Assembly (NCBI GenBank): GCA_964343705.1
Contig: CAYFJX010000006.1
Span: forward strand, 90,927 to 114,926
Origin: an uncultured Methanosarcinales archaeon
GTDB taxonomy: Archaea > Nanobdellota > Nanobdellia > Woesearchaeales > UBA12501
DNA: 24,000 nucleotides
Direction: 5' to 3'
The translations under genes and the position numbers were made by a program. The notes under the pieces are model-generated. The model saw only the letters and a program-made list of their open reading frames with translations. It had not been told where the DNA came from and made no database searches. This document shows, piece after piece, positions 1-6,878 of this stretch; the stretch's first letter is position 1, and the number at the start of each line of letters is the position of its first letter.

Positions 1-837
1 TTTGAAATTACATGCTCCATCTTCAGAATCAAAGTAAGCAACAGCGCGTGAGGTCAAAACACCATACACTCGCTCATCTGAAGCTTCTTTAACACCACGA
101 ATTTCTACATCGCCACTGTCAACATCCCACTCTTGTAGAACAACATCATTATCAACATACTTACCAATCAAAACTTTGTTACCAGTAAAACCATCTGGCA
201 CAGCAAGACGATCTTCATGCTGGTCTTCAGATGACAATGCACAGTTTTCTCCAATAACATATTCTAAACTTTCACCAGCGCGAGGAAGGTCACACACCAG
301 TACTTTGTTTACACGGCCTTCCATAACACCCACTTCAAGTGCAATGCGGTTTTCAGAAAGAATAGCGTACCCATCACTGCGAATAGTTGCAAGCATTTCT
401 TGCATAATGCCACCAGCAGGACCTTGATCTTCATACTGTAGAACAATAGCACCATTTGGCGTGTCAAAAATCTTATTACCCTTAGTATCATTCACCACTA
501 TTTTAGAAACATCACCCCATGTTGCTTTAAGTGCAACATAATCATCAGTTACAGAAGCAACATCAAATTCTAGCTCATTGCTTTCAGCTAGGGTGGTGAA
601 TTCATCACAGTCACCCTCAACCCATTCATTATCAACACAATCATCAATACGTGTTCCAATACACGCGTCACCACACTCTTCTACTTTTGTTTCCCCATCT
701 TCACATTCTGGAACATACGGTTCAGGATCAGTGGTGACAACTTCTTCAATTTCAACTGTGTGTTTTTCTTCTCCACATCCTTGATACAATACTGCTCCAG
801 CTCCAATGCTAATTGCTAATAATAGTTCGTTTTTCAT
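1..837 (-). CDS. Secreted or lipoprotein-like protein rich in Cys and acidic residues. The C-terminus is cut by the window edge (279 codons visible).
   Basis: This ORF is absent from the supplied track because it runs off the window. I checked every codon of the minus frame from 837 down to base 1 and found no stop. It starts at ATG (plus-strand cat, 835-837) and reads MKNELLLAISIGAGAVLYQGCGEEKH. That is a short hydrophobic signal segment ending directly in Cys (lipobox-like). A Cys/Asp/Glu-rich block follows (PECEDGETKVEECGDACIGTRIDDCVDNEWVEGDCDEF). A minus-strand TTATAAA lies at 862-856, 25 nt upstream of the ATG. Confidence 0.6.
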   Translation of the reverse strand, partial: MKNELLLAISIGAGAVLYQGCGEEKHTVEIEEVVTTDPEPYVPECEDGETKVEECGDACIGTRIDDCVDNEWVEGDCDEFTTLAESNELEFDVASVTDDYVALKATWGDVSKIVVNDTKGNKIFDTPNGAIVLQYEDQGPAGGIMQEMLATIRSDGYAILSENRIALEVGVMEGRVNKVLVCDLPRAGESLEYVIGENCALSSEDQHEDRLAVPDGFTGNKVLIGKYVDNDVVLQEWDVDSGDVEIRGVKEASDERVYGVLTSRAVAYFDSEDGACNFK

Positions 838-927
838 AGTGCTCCCTCGTAATAGTTTATAAGTGTAGAAAGGGAGGGCAGGCAAGGGATATAAACTTTT
901 AATGTAGTGGGCTGGACTGCAGGGTAA

Positions 928-959
928 GGCTTAAATACCTCCTATTTCTCCCCTTTATC
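928..959 (+). promoter_or_regulatory. Archaeal-type BRE/TATA promoter with a conserved downstream cassette (copy 1)
   Basis: The sequence is GGCTTAAATACCTCCTATTTCTCCCCTTTATC followed by ATG. TTAAATA lies at 931-937, exactly 29 nt before the A of the ATG at 960, with no SD, so the mRNA is probably leaderless. The 14-mer TCCTATTTCTCCCC (940-953) recurs exactly at 23664-23677 on the minus strand. Confidence 0.6.
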
Positions 960-1187
960 ATGCTACCCTTACACGAACTTATCATGAAGTCATGGGATGG
1001 CATGACTGAGTACGAAGCAGACGTTGCATGTTACCAATATGAAGCAATTAGACTACGGCAAGAACTAGAACGAACAGGTACTGACTTAGTTCTTGGAAAA
1101 GGTGGTAGGGAATCATTTCAACCTTCAGATCTAGAAATTGATAGTTTGGGTTTAGGATTAAATGCTCTCTACAAAGCAATGGAATAG
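960..1187 (+). CDS. Hypothetical 75-aa protein. It is possibly the N-terminal part of a 211-codon frame interrupted by one TAG.
   Basis: The ORF starts at an ATG placed leaderlessly behind promoter copy 1. It ends at TAG 1185-1187. The 12 codons after the TAG and the next ORF (1224..1592) are in the same frame. Confidence 0.4.
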   Translation: MLPLHELIMKSWDGMTEYEADVACYQYEAIRLRQELERTGTDLVLGKGGRESFQPSDLEIDSLGLGLNALYKAME

Positions 1188-1223
1188 TTAACACAAGAAG
1201 GTCCATTAAATGTACAACAATAC

Positions 1224-1592
1224 ATGGAATTACAAAAGTATGTGATTGACTACTTACCTCGAGCAATCTGGGACAATGGAGCATGGTTTAAATTCTTTAA
1301 TAAAAGTGTAGAAGAAAATGAGATTCCTGTTGATGAAGATGTGTTAGGGTACATGATGCAAAATCAGCGGCTGTACTTTGAGTATGCAATGGGTGGTGCC
1401 ATACAAAGAAGGGATGGTACAAGTGATGAAGAAGCAATGGGTCGTGCTGCAGTAATCAAATTAAAAGGAGTTGACATTGATGGCAAAGGGGATATAACAC
1501 CCTCTATCATCGATGTACTACCACCAGACGCAGATGCTCGACAAATATATGAAATCTTCACTGGTAGGAATGTTGGTGTTACATTGCAGTAA
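1224..1592 (+). CDS. Hypothetical 122-aa protein
   Basis: The ORF has plausible globular composition (YFEYAMGGAIQRRDG, IKLKGVDIDGKGD). I see no TATA or SD of its own upstream, and it is in frame with 960..1187. Confidence 0.5.
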   Translation: MELQKYVIDYLPRAIWDNGAWFKFFNKSVEENEIPVDEDVLGYMMQNQRLYFEYAMGGAIQRRDGTSDEEAMGRAAVIKLKGVDIDGKGDITPSIIDVLPPDADARQIYEIFTGRNVGVTLQ

Positions 1593-1624
1593 CTCTTAAA
1601 TACTTCTTATTTTTCCCTTTACTT
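1593..1624 (+). promoter_or_regulatory. Archaeal-type TATA promoter with the conserved downstream cassette (copy 2)
   Basis: The sequence is CTCTTAAATACTTCTTATTTTTCCCTTTACTT followed by ATG. TTAAATA at 1596-1602 is again exactly 29 nt before the ATG (1625). An ungapped comparison with 928-962 gives 25 of 35 identical positions. Confidence 0.6.
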
Positions 1625-2521
1625 ATGAGACCTATATTAGAGAATGCCTTTGTTCATTTTCCTTTTTGGATTTCAGGCTTGGATGCAGGTAGAATTATCT
1701 ACAGGGATGCTCGTCGTATTGCAAAAGAAGAAAAGCATGTAACTCGCGAAGAAGTAGCTGATACTTTGGAAGATACGGTGCGACCCTTTGAGAATGGTGC
1801 TGCAGAAGCTATTTTTGACACTATTTTTTCAATTCGCTTGCAGGCAGAGGCATCAACTTCAAATATCAGAAAACCAGGCTACTTTCTTCTTGAATTCAAT
1901 CCTGCACTTGATGAAGGCAAGAAATGTGTTGTTGCACTTCAGAAGATGACATCAAAATTAAACGGTTTTCATGCAGCAGGTAATATTATACTCACCAAGC
2001 ATCTACGGCCATCAACCCTGCGTCATGAAACAGGCCATGCAGTAGACGCTTCTGGATTACTTACAAAAGAAGACCAAGAGGTAATCCACGCTGCACATTA
2101 CGATGTATACTGTCATGTTCATGCTAGCGCACGACAAGGACAAACTATTGACGAGGCTTTGAAAGGAACTGGTGTAAGAAGATACGCTCACATACATGGA
2201 CACAGACTTAGTCGCGGACCATTTTACTTAGAACGAGGTCACATTGCAAACCTGTGTGGTGTTACAGAAATAACCAAAGAGCAATATGATGCATATGTGG
2301 CAGCAGGTATGCATGAATTATCTCCTAAGGATTATAAAGCCTTTCGTTGGCACCAAAGAAGAGGATTTGATCATAGTGAAGCTTTTGCAGACGCGTTTGC
2401 AAAACTCACCAGTGGAGAAGAACTTGTTGTAAATGATGTTGGTTATAAGTTTCACACTGCAGTGAGAGAGGTATTAGAGAAAAGACTCGGCAAGATGAAA
2501 GATAATTTGGTTAGGGTGTAA
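1625..2521 (+). CDS. Putative zincin metallopeptidase (HExxH) resembling the anthrax lethal factor / M34-type motif pair
   Basis: The motif LRHETGHAVDASG matches HExxH, and from memory the lethal factor site reads HEFGHAVD. A later motif HSEAFADAFAKL resembles the lethal factor third-ligand region NEAEFFAEAF. A His-rich insert lies between the two motifs (HAAHYDVYCHVHA, HIHGHRL). I see no signal peptide or TM segment. Confidence 0.55.
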   Translation: MRPILENAFVHFPFWISGLDAGRIIYRDARRIAKEEKHVTREEVADTLEDTVRPFENGAAEAIFDTIFSIRLQAEASTSNIRKPGYFLLEFNPALDEGKKCVVALQKMTSKLNGFHAAGNIILTKHLRPSTLRHETGHAVDASGLLTKEDQEVIHAAHYDVYCHVHASARQGQTIDEALKGTGVRRYAHIHGHRLSRGPFYLERGHIANLCGVTEITKEQYDAYVAAGMHELSPKDYKAFRWHQRRGFDHSEAFADAFAKLTSGEELVVNDVGYKFHTAVREVLEKRLGKMKDNLVRV

Positions 2522-2540
2522 TCGGCTCATTCCACTGGAC

Positions 2541-2568
2541 ACCCCTTTTTCTCCGAAACTTTTTCGGA
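2541..2568 (+). terminator. Oligo-T tract plus short hairpin after the zincin gene
   Basis: A T5 run lies at 2546-2550. It is followed by the perfect inverted repeat TCCGAAA-ctt-TTTCGGA (2552-2568), whose loop and right arm form another T5 run. The element starts 20 nt after the stop at 2521. Confidence 0.4.
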
Positions 2569-2712
2569 TCTGTGATGAATTTCGAAAAACATCCGGGAAG
2601 TTTTGCTTCACTGGACACTGGACATGTGCGCGTAAGGTATTTAAATGGGGGGGTGTTATACAGTTCAAAGTGAAAAATAGATATCAGAATAAAATAATAA
2701 AAAAGGAGAGTT

Positions 2713-2970
2713 ATGGAAAATAAAAAAACCTTATTTGGTAAGATACTAAAAGGCCTGATTACTTTAGGAGGTTTTTTTGGTCTTATAAGTATAACTGATT
2801 TAAGAATCCCTTTAAACATTTGGGCAATAATTGTAATATCTTTGATATTAATTATAATTATATGGCATGGCTTTGAAATGTACAGAAAAGTGTTAACTTA
2901 CTTTAAGAAATTAGAAGAAAACATAAACTTTATTAAAAAAAGAGTATCAAAAAAGAGGAGACAAAAATGA
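2713..2970 (+). CDS. Small two-TM membrane protein with a basic C-terminal tail (85 aa)
   Basis: There are two hydrophobic segments (GLITLGGFFGLISI and IWAIIVISLILIIIIW). An SD-like AGGAGA lies 6 nt upstream of the ATG, and a TATA-like TTTAAAT lies at about 2640. The gene sits in an AT-rich islet. Confidence 0.55.
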   Translation: MENKKTLFGKILKGLITLGGFFGLISITDLRIPLNIWAIIVISLILIIIIWHGFEMYRKVLTYFKKLEENINFIKKRVSKKRRQK

Positions 2971-3080
2971 TTAATTTAAAAAAAGGAAAAATTGCAGCTT
3001 ACATAAAAGAAATAATTATCTCTGTAATACTCTTGTATATTTTATGGATTATTATTAAATCTCTTTTTTTAGGTAATTGA
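2967..3080 (+). CDS. Unannotated 37-aa single-TM micro-protein, translationally coupled to the upstream gene
   Basis: This is my own translation: MINLKKGKIAAYIKEIIISVILLYILWIIIKSLFLGN, then stop. The ATG (2967-2969) overlaps the upstream TGA (2968-2970) as ATGA. AGAGGAG at 2954-2960 is SD-like. The ORF is below the size cutoff of the supplied track. Confidence 0.35.
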   Translation: MINLKKGKIAAYIKEIIISVILLYILWIIIKSLFLGN

Positions 3081-3096
3081 TTATTTTTTAGTTTAA

Positions 3097-5019
3097 TCAA
3101 ACCTCATCAATCCCATTAAGACAATCAAGAATAATCTTCTTGCAATTACCAAGCTTGTCAGCTAGATTCTTATCGCCAGTTGCAGCTTGTATCTGTGTGA
3201 TCTTATCAAGCATTTGCCTGAATAACCGAATCAAATCACCTTCTAATAAATTAGTATTATGCAACAAGTCAAAGATAGTCATGCCTTCATAAGCAGGTAC
3301 CAGCAACGCCGAGACACTCTTCAAGCTGTTCCACTTTCGCTCCCCTGACACTGACTTGTCACGAGCAAGCATTTTCCTCAAGTGCTTAACTTCTTTAGTA
3401 ACATAGGTCTCGTAAAACTTGGTCTTTTCTCGTGGTTCATAACAAAAACATCCAAGAATCATGAGCATCTGGAACTCAGTCAATTGTTTGTAAAACTCTG
3501 TTGCAAAGATTTCACCAGTCAGTATCTCATCTGCGTAGATCTTTGCACTAAACTCACCTTTCAAAGTCAGTCCAGCGTGGTCTACATAGTTGAACTTGAC
3601 CAATTGCTTTTTTATCTTCTCAAACCGCCTATGTACCACACCTTTCTGTGCTAGGCTAAATGATTTTTTATATTTTTGAAACGTGTAAAAGTTCTTTGAT
3701 AGTACTACATCAATCTCTTTTTGTGTGTGGTTTTTGATCAAATTCAAAACAGTATTAACACACAACCTAAATTGTGACTGTATTGGTTCAACATCAGCAG
3801 CAGTCATTTTTATAACTGTTCTATAATCAAAATCACGACGGTCCATCATGGCATACACAAAGCCCTGTTTATCTAATCCTCGGCGACCTGCTCGTCCAGC
3901 AATTTGGAAATACTCTTTAGAATTCAAAGGCCTAAAGTTTATGCCATCAAACTTACGCAATGACTCAAAACACACTGTTTTTGCAGGCATGTTAATACCT
4001 ACAGCAAAGGTTTCAGTGGTGTACAACACATGCAGCAACCCAGCGCCAAATAATTCTTCAACAAGTTCTTTCAACAAAGGAATCAAGCCTGCATGGTGAA
4101 ACCCAATGCCATACGGCAATGTTTGACGCAGCAAGCGTGTTGATGACAAGCTTCTAATTTCAGGTGATGCCTTGTCAAGTTTTTCTCGTACTCGCTTGCT
4201 AATCTCAGGATCAGTGCCAAACACTTTACTTTTCATCAGTTCAACAGCGTTATCTTGGCACTTTTTCCGTGAAAAACAAAAAAAGAAGCAAGGAATCTTG
4301 TTGGTTATCTCTTTGACAAGGCTAACATGTGAGGGTCTTCGTACAAACTGACGTCGCCTTTTTGAACGTCGTTGTACATACTCGTAGCGAGGAATGTCTT
4401 TTACATCGCGGATTTCTTCAGCAGTACAAATTCCTAGTTCACCATCATAAAACAGCTTTTCTAAGGGAACACTTCGTTTGTGGTGCTTGATTACTTTAAC
4501 AGGGTGCTTGTTTACTGCTTCAATCCAACGCGCAAACTCGCCTGCATTGGGAATAGTTGCTGACAAGCACACAAACCGCACATGAGGCAAGGAAAAAATA
4601 ATAGATTCCTCCCACACATACCCACGCTCGCGGTCATTGATGTAATGTACTTCATCAAAAATAACATAGGACACAGCATCAAGCATAGGATCGTTGGTAA
4701 TTGCCATGTTACGATAAATCTCAGTAGTCATGATCAGAATAGAAGCGCTTGAGTTCTTAACAACATCACCAGTCAGCAAGCCCACATTCTCAGCTCCGTA
4801 TGCTTCAGAAAACTCCTTGAACTTCTGGTTGGACAAGGCCTTAATCGGCGCTGTGTACACAACCTTGATGCCTTGCTGGACATCTTTAGAAATAATATAG
4901 TCTGCAATCAGTGTTTTTCCAGACCCAGTGGGGGCTGAAACAACTACTGATTCGTTCTTTTCAATAGCAGCAATTGCTTCTTCTTGAAACTTGTCTAATG
5001 TTAATCCTTTGAACTCCAT
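3097..5019 (-). CDS. Superfamily 2 Ski2/HelY-like DEVH-box RNA helicase (640 aa)
   Basis: Helicase motifs are present: motif I SAPTGSGKT, motif II FDEVHY, motif III SAT and motif VI QIAGRAGRRG. The C-terminal region resembles DSHCT (LLEGDLIRLFRQMLDKITQI). TTAATAA lies 31 nt upstream of the ATG, with no SD. Confidence 0.9.
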   Translation of the reverse strand: MEFKGLTLDKFQEEAIAAIEKNESVVVSAPTGSGKTLIADYIISKDVQQGIKVVYTAPIKALSNQKFKEFSEAYGAENVGLLTGDVVKNSSASILIMTTEIYRNMAITNDPMLDAVSYVIFDEVHYINDRERGYVWEESIIFSLPHVRFVCLSATIPNAGEFARWIEAVNKHPVKVIKHHKRSVPLEKLFYDGELGICTAEEIRDVKDIPRYEYVQRRSKRRRQFVRRPSHVSLVKEITNKIPCFFFCFSRKKCQDNAVELMKSKVFGTDPEISKRVREKLDKASPEIRSLSSTRLLRQTLPYGIGFHHAGLIPLLKELVEELFGAGLLHVLYTTETFAVGINMPAKTVCFESLRKFDGINFRPLNSKEYFQIAGRAGRRGLDKQGFVYAMMDRRDFDYRTVIKMTAADVEPIQSQFRLCVNTVLNLIKNHTQKEIDVVLSKNFYTFQKYKKSFSLAQKGVVHRRFEKIKKQLVKFNYVDHAGLTLKGEFSAKIYADEILTGEIFATEFYKQLTEFQMLMILGCFCYEPREKTKFYETYVTKEVKHLRKMLARDKSVSGERKWNSLKSVSALLVPAYEGMTIFDLLHNTNLLEGDLIRLFRQMLDKITQIQAATGDKNLADKLGNCKKIILDCLNGIDEV

Positions 5020-5173
5020 GCTTTCTTTTTATGAGCTTTTCTTTATTAATTCTTGTGTTCTTCAAATCTCTTTTTCACTACTTTCGGAAATCCTTCGTAG
5101 CCTTCGAAATTCTTTTGGAAAAGAGTGGGCAATGCTTATTAAGGGTTCTCAACAGAATTGATTCTTAATAAAA

Positions 5174-5207
5174 AAGCTTAAATATAAGGTCAACTTTTAA
5201 TGTTGAC
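5174..5207 (+). promoter_or_regulatory. TATA promoter with a palindromic putative operator over the predicted TSS
   Basis: The sequence AAGCTTAAATATAAG contains TTAAATA at 5178-5184. It is followed by the inverted repeat GTCAAC-ttttaat-GTTGAC (5189-5194 and 5202-5207), which is centred where a TSS would fall. Confidence 0.45.
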
Positions 5208-5239
5208 TATGGGGCTAAAAACAAAAAAAGAGGTTGGAT

Positions 5240-5560
5240 ATGCGGAGAAAAAAGTTTACTGTGCACCTAACGCACATAGACTGCTTAGATATTACACTGC
5301 TCTTAGAAGGGGGCAAGTTATTGTCATTTTCCATAAACTACCGAGCATGTATTGGCAGCACCTGGTACGAAATATATCGCGTCGATACATCTCATGGTCC
5401 GCTACACGAGCACAGGTTTTGGCACAGTCGAAAAATGAAAGAGCTTGTTGGCTATCCAACTTTAGCGCAGGCATATCTTCATTATTATTCTCTCATCACA
5501 GAGAATTACACTTTGTACAGAAAACTATTTGAGGAATCAAGCAAACATGAAAAAAACTAA
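5240..5560 (+). CDS. Small His-rich protein, a possible toxin-like partner of the downstream wHTH protein
   Basis: I prefer the ATG at 5240 over the TTG at 5234 because GAGGT lies about 6 nt upstream. The core WYEIYRVDTSHGPLHEHRFWH is reminiscent, from memory and with low certainty, of DUF6516/TumE-type toxin-antitoxin components. The 3' end overlaps the next gene by 14 nt. Confidence 0.5.
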   Translation: MRRKKFTVHLTHIDCLDITLLLEGGKLLSFSINYRACIGSTWYEIYRVDTSHGPLHEHRFWHSRKMKELVGYPTLAQAYLHYYSLITENYTLYRKLFEESSKHEKN

Positions 5561-5924
5561 CAACAAACATGCTGAAATGATGAATGATCTTACTGAACAA
5601 TTGCTTAATGGTTCAATTGACATTCCTGATAATGCTGCTATTTTTCTTGACCCAGTTGTGCTTGCAGCCGTATTCACCAAAAAAAGATTGGAATTGATAA
5701 GAACTATCAAAAAAAATAATCCCCAATCAATTCAAGAACTCGCAAATCTCACTAAGCGCACTAAACAAGCAGTTGATCGTGATGTTAAATATCTTGAAGG
5801 TATGAACATCTTGGAATTGAGGAGCAAAGGTAAGGCAAAGGTTCCAAAAGTTAAAGCTCCTGTTTTGTTAGTTCAGTTGGTCCCAGTAAAAAAGAAAGAG
5901 TTAGTTATGTCAGGAGTTTGTTAA
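5547..5924 (+). CDS. Winged-helix DNA-binding protein (ArsR/MarR-like HTH), a putative antitoxin or autoregulator
   Basis: The HTH region reads RLELIRTIKKNNPQSIQELANLTKRTKQAVDRDVKYLEGMNILE. I prefer the ATG at 5547 because GAGGA lies 12 nt upstream; the track start at 5529 is a TTG. Confidence 0.6.
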   Translation: MKKTNNKHAEMMNDLTEQLLNGSIDIPDNAAIFLDPVVLAAVFTKKRLELIRTIKKNNPQSIQELANLTKRTKQAVDRDVKYLEGMNILELRSKGKAKVPKVKAPVLLVQLVPVKKKELVMSGVC

Positions 5925-6107
5925 TTAAAATTGTCTATCTGGTACGAAAATCTCTTTACATCCAGCTTATCTCCAAGATCAAAATAATCAGGGCTAATGA
6001 TATCAAAAATAGTAGCCAGCCATTGACCTTATACTTATTCCACAATTGGTGTATGAACGAAAATGTAAGAAAGATTAGTGGGGTTGAAAGTGACCTTATA
6101 GTCTCCT

Positions 6108-6878
6108 TCATATTTTTTTTTGGCGGTGGTATGTGTTAGTAACAAAATCAAGATGAAGATACGTATTCCAATTGTGTGGCTGTGGCACTACATGAACTTT
6201 ATTATCTCTAAAATAACTAGAAATATTTTGAATTGATCTGACTTCACCCACACTTAAAATTGAAATACAATCGCCCTTACATCCATACTTTCTCCCTTTA
6301 TCAAAAACGAAAGACCATTTTTCCACTTTATGATCTGGGTTTGTCGTAATAAAATACCTCCCAGAAAAATCAATTATTGGAGCTACAATTTCTACATCGG
6401 TACCATCATCGATTTTTACTCCGCATTTCCATTGTCGTCTTGTCGTTGATTTTGTCTTGCTACATGATTCACTCATGTTTTCACCATTCACCCTCAAATA
6501 GGGATTTGCATCAGCACCTATCGTCACAGAAAGAGACTCACCTTTCACTCCTTTTAAGCTAAGATACAAATTAGAATTAGTATACTCTATGTTAATTTTT
6601 TCGTAGCCTGAAGCGTTGTTTAAGATGATTGGCTGGTAGTCATCATGGAATTGAGTATTTAATGTAGAAGCCATGTAATATGCAAAAAGAGAGACAAATA
6701 ATAGGAAAAGGACCATTCTTAGGAGATGTTCTTTTTTAGTAGTAAGTATTAAAAATGAAAATTTTCTTTGAAGCTTTCTTTTAATTCTATTAACCTTTAG
6801 AGTGATTTTATCACCCAAAGGGGGTTGTACTCTTTTTCTTTTCTTCTTACCTTCTTTCGTCTTCTTGCGCTTTGTCAT
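6108..6878 (-). CDS. Membrane-anchored protein with a Lys/Arg-rich cytoplasmic N-terminus, one TM segment and a beta-rich Cys-containing ectodomain
   Basis: The N-terminus is highly basic (MTKRKKTKEGKKKRKR). It is followed by a TM segment (LLRMVLFLLFVSLFAYYMA). The ATG directly abuts the TAG stop of the upstream gene (6879-6881). Confidence 0.55.
   Translation of the reverse strand: MTKRKKTKEGKKKRKRVQPPLGDKITLKVNRIKRKLQRKFSFLILTTKKEHLLRMVLFLLFVSLFAYYMASTLNTQFHDDYQPIILNNASGYEKINIEYTNSNLYLSLKGVKGESLSVTIGADANPYLRVNGENMSESCSKTKSTTRRQWKCGVKIDDGTDVEIVAPIIDFSGRYFITTNPDHKVEKWSFVFDKGRKYGCKGDCISILSVGEVRSIQNISSYFRDNKVHVVPQPHNWNTYLHLDFVTNTYHRQKKI

Noticed and set aside
868-886. G-run cluster (AGGGAGGGCAGGCAAGGG) as a possible G-quadruplex
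   Set aside because: One of the four runs has only two Gs. It lies in a divergent promoter region where it is simply the complement of a pyrimidine-rich spacer.
1185-1187. TAG as a pyrrolysine or reassigned sense codon
   Set aside because: TAG clearly terminates at least four good genes here (stops at 6879-6881, 11024-11026, 11365-11367 and 16407-16409). No pyl genes are visible.
2572-2578. GTGATGA resembling a C/D-box sRNA C box
   Set aside because: No CTGA D box occurs at a suitable distance, and I could find no terminal stem.
5200-5532. 110-aa ORF overlapping the His-rich protein gene in another frame
   Set aside because: Its ATG lies only 22 nt from the TATA box, upstream of the expected TSS. 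The alternative frame (5240..5560) has an SD and a more protein-like sequence.
6288-6302. TTTCTCCCTTTATCA, a partial match to the promoter cassette
   Set aside because: It lies inside the coding region of the minus-strand gene 6108..6878, with no TATA box upstream and no downstream ORF. It is probably a chance match to a pyrimidine-rich sequence.
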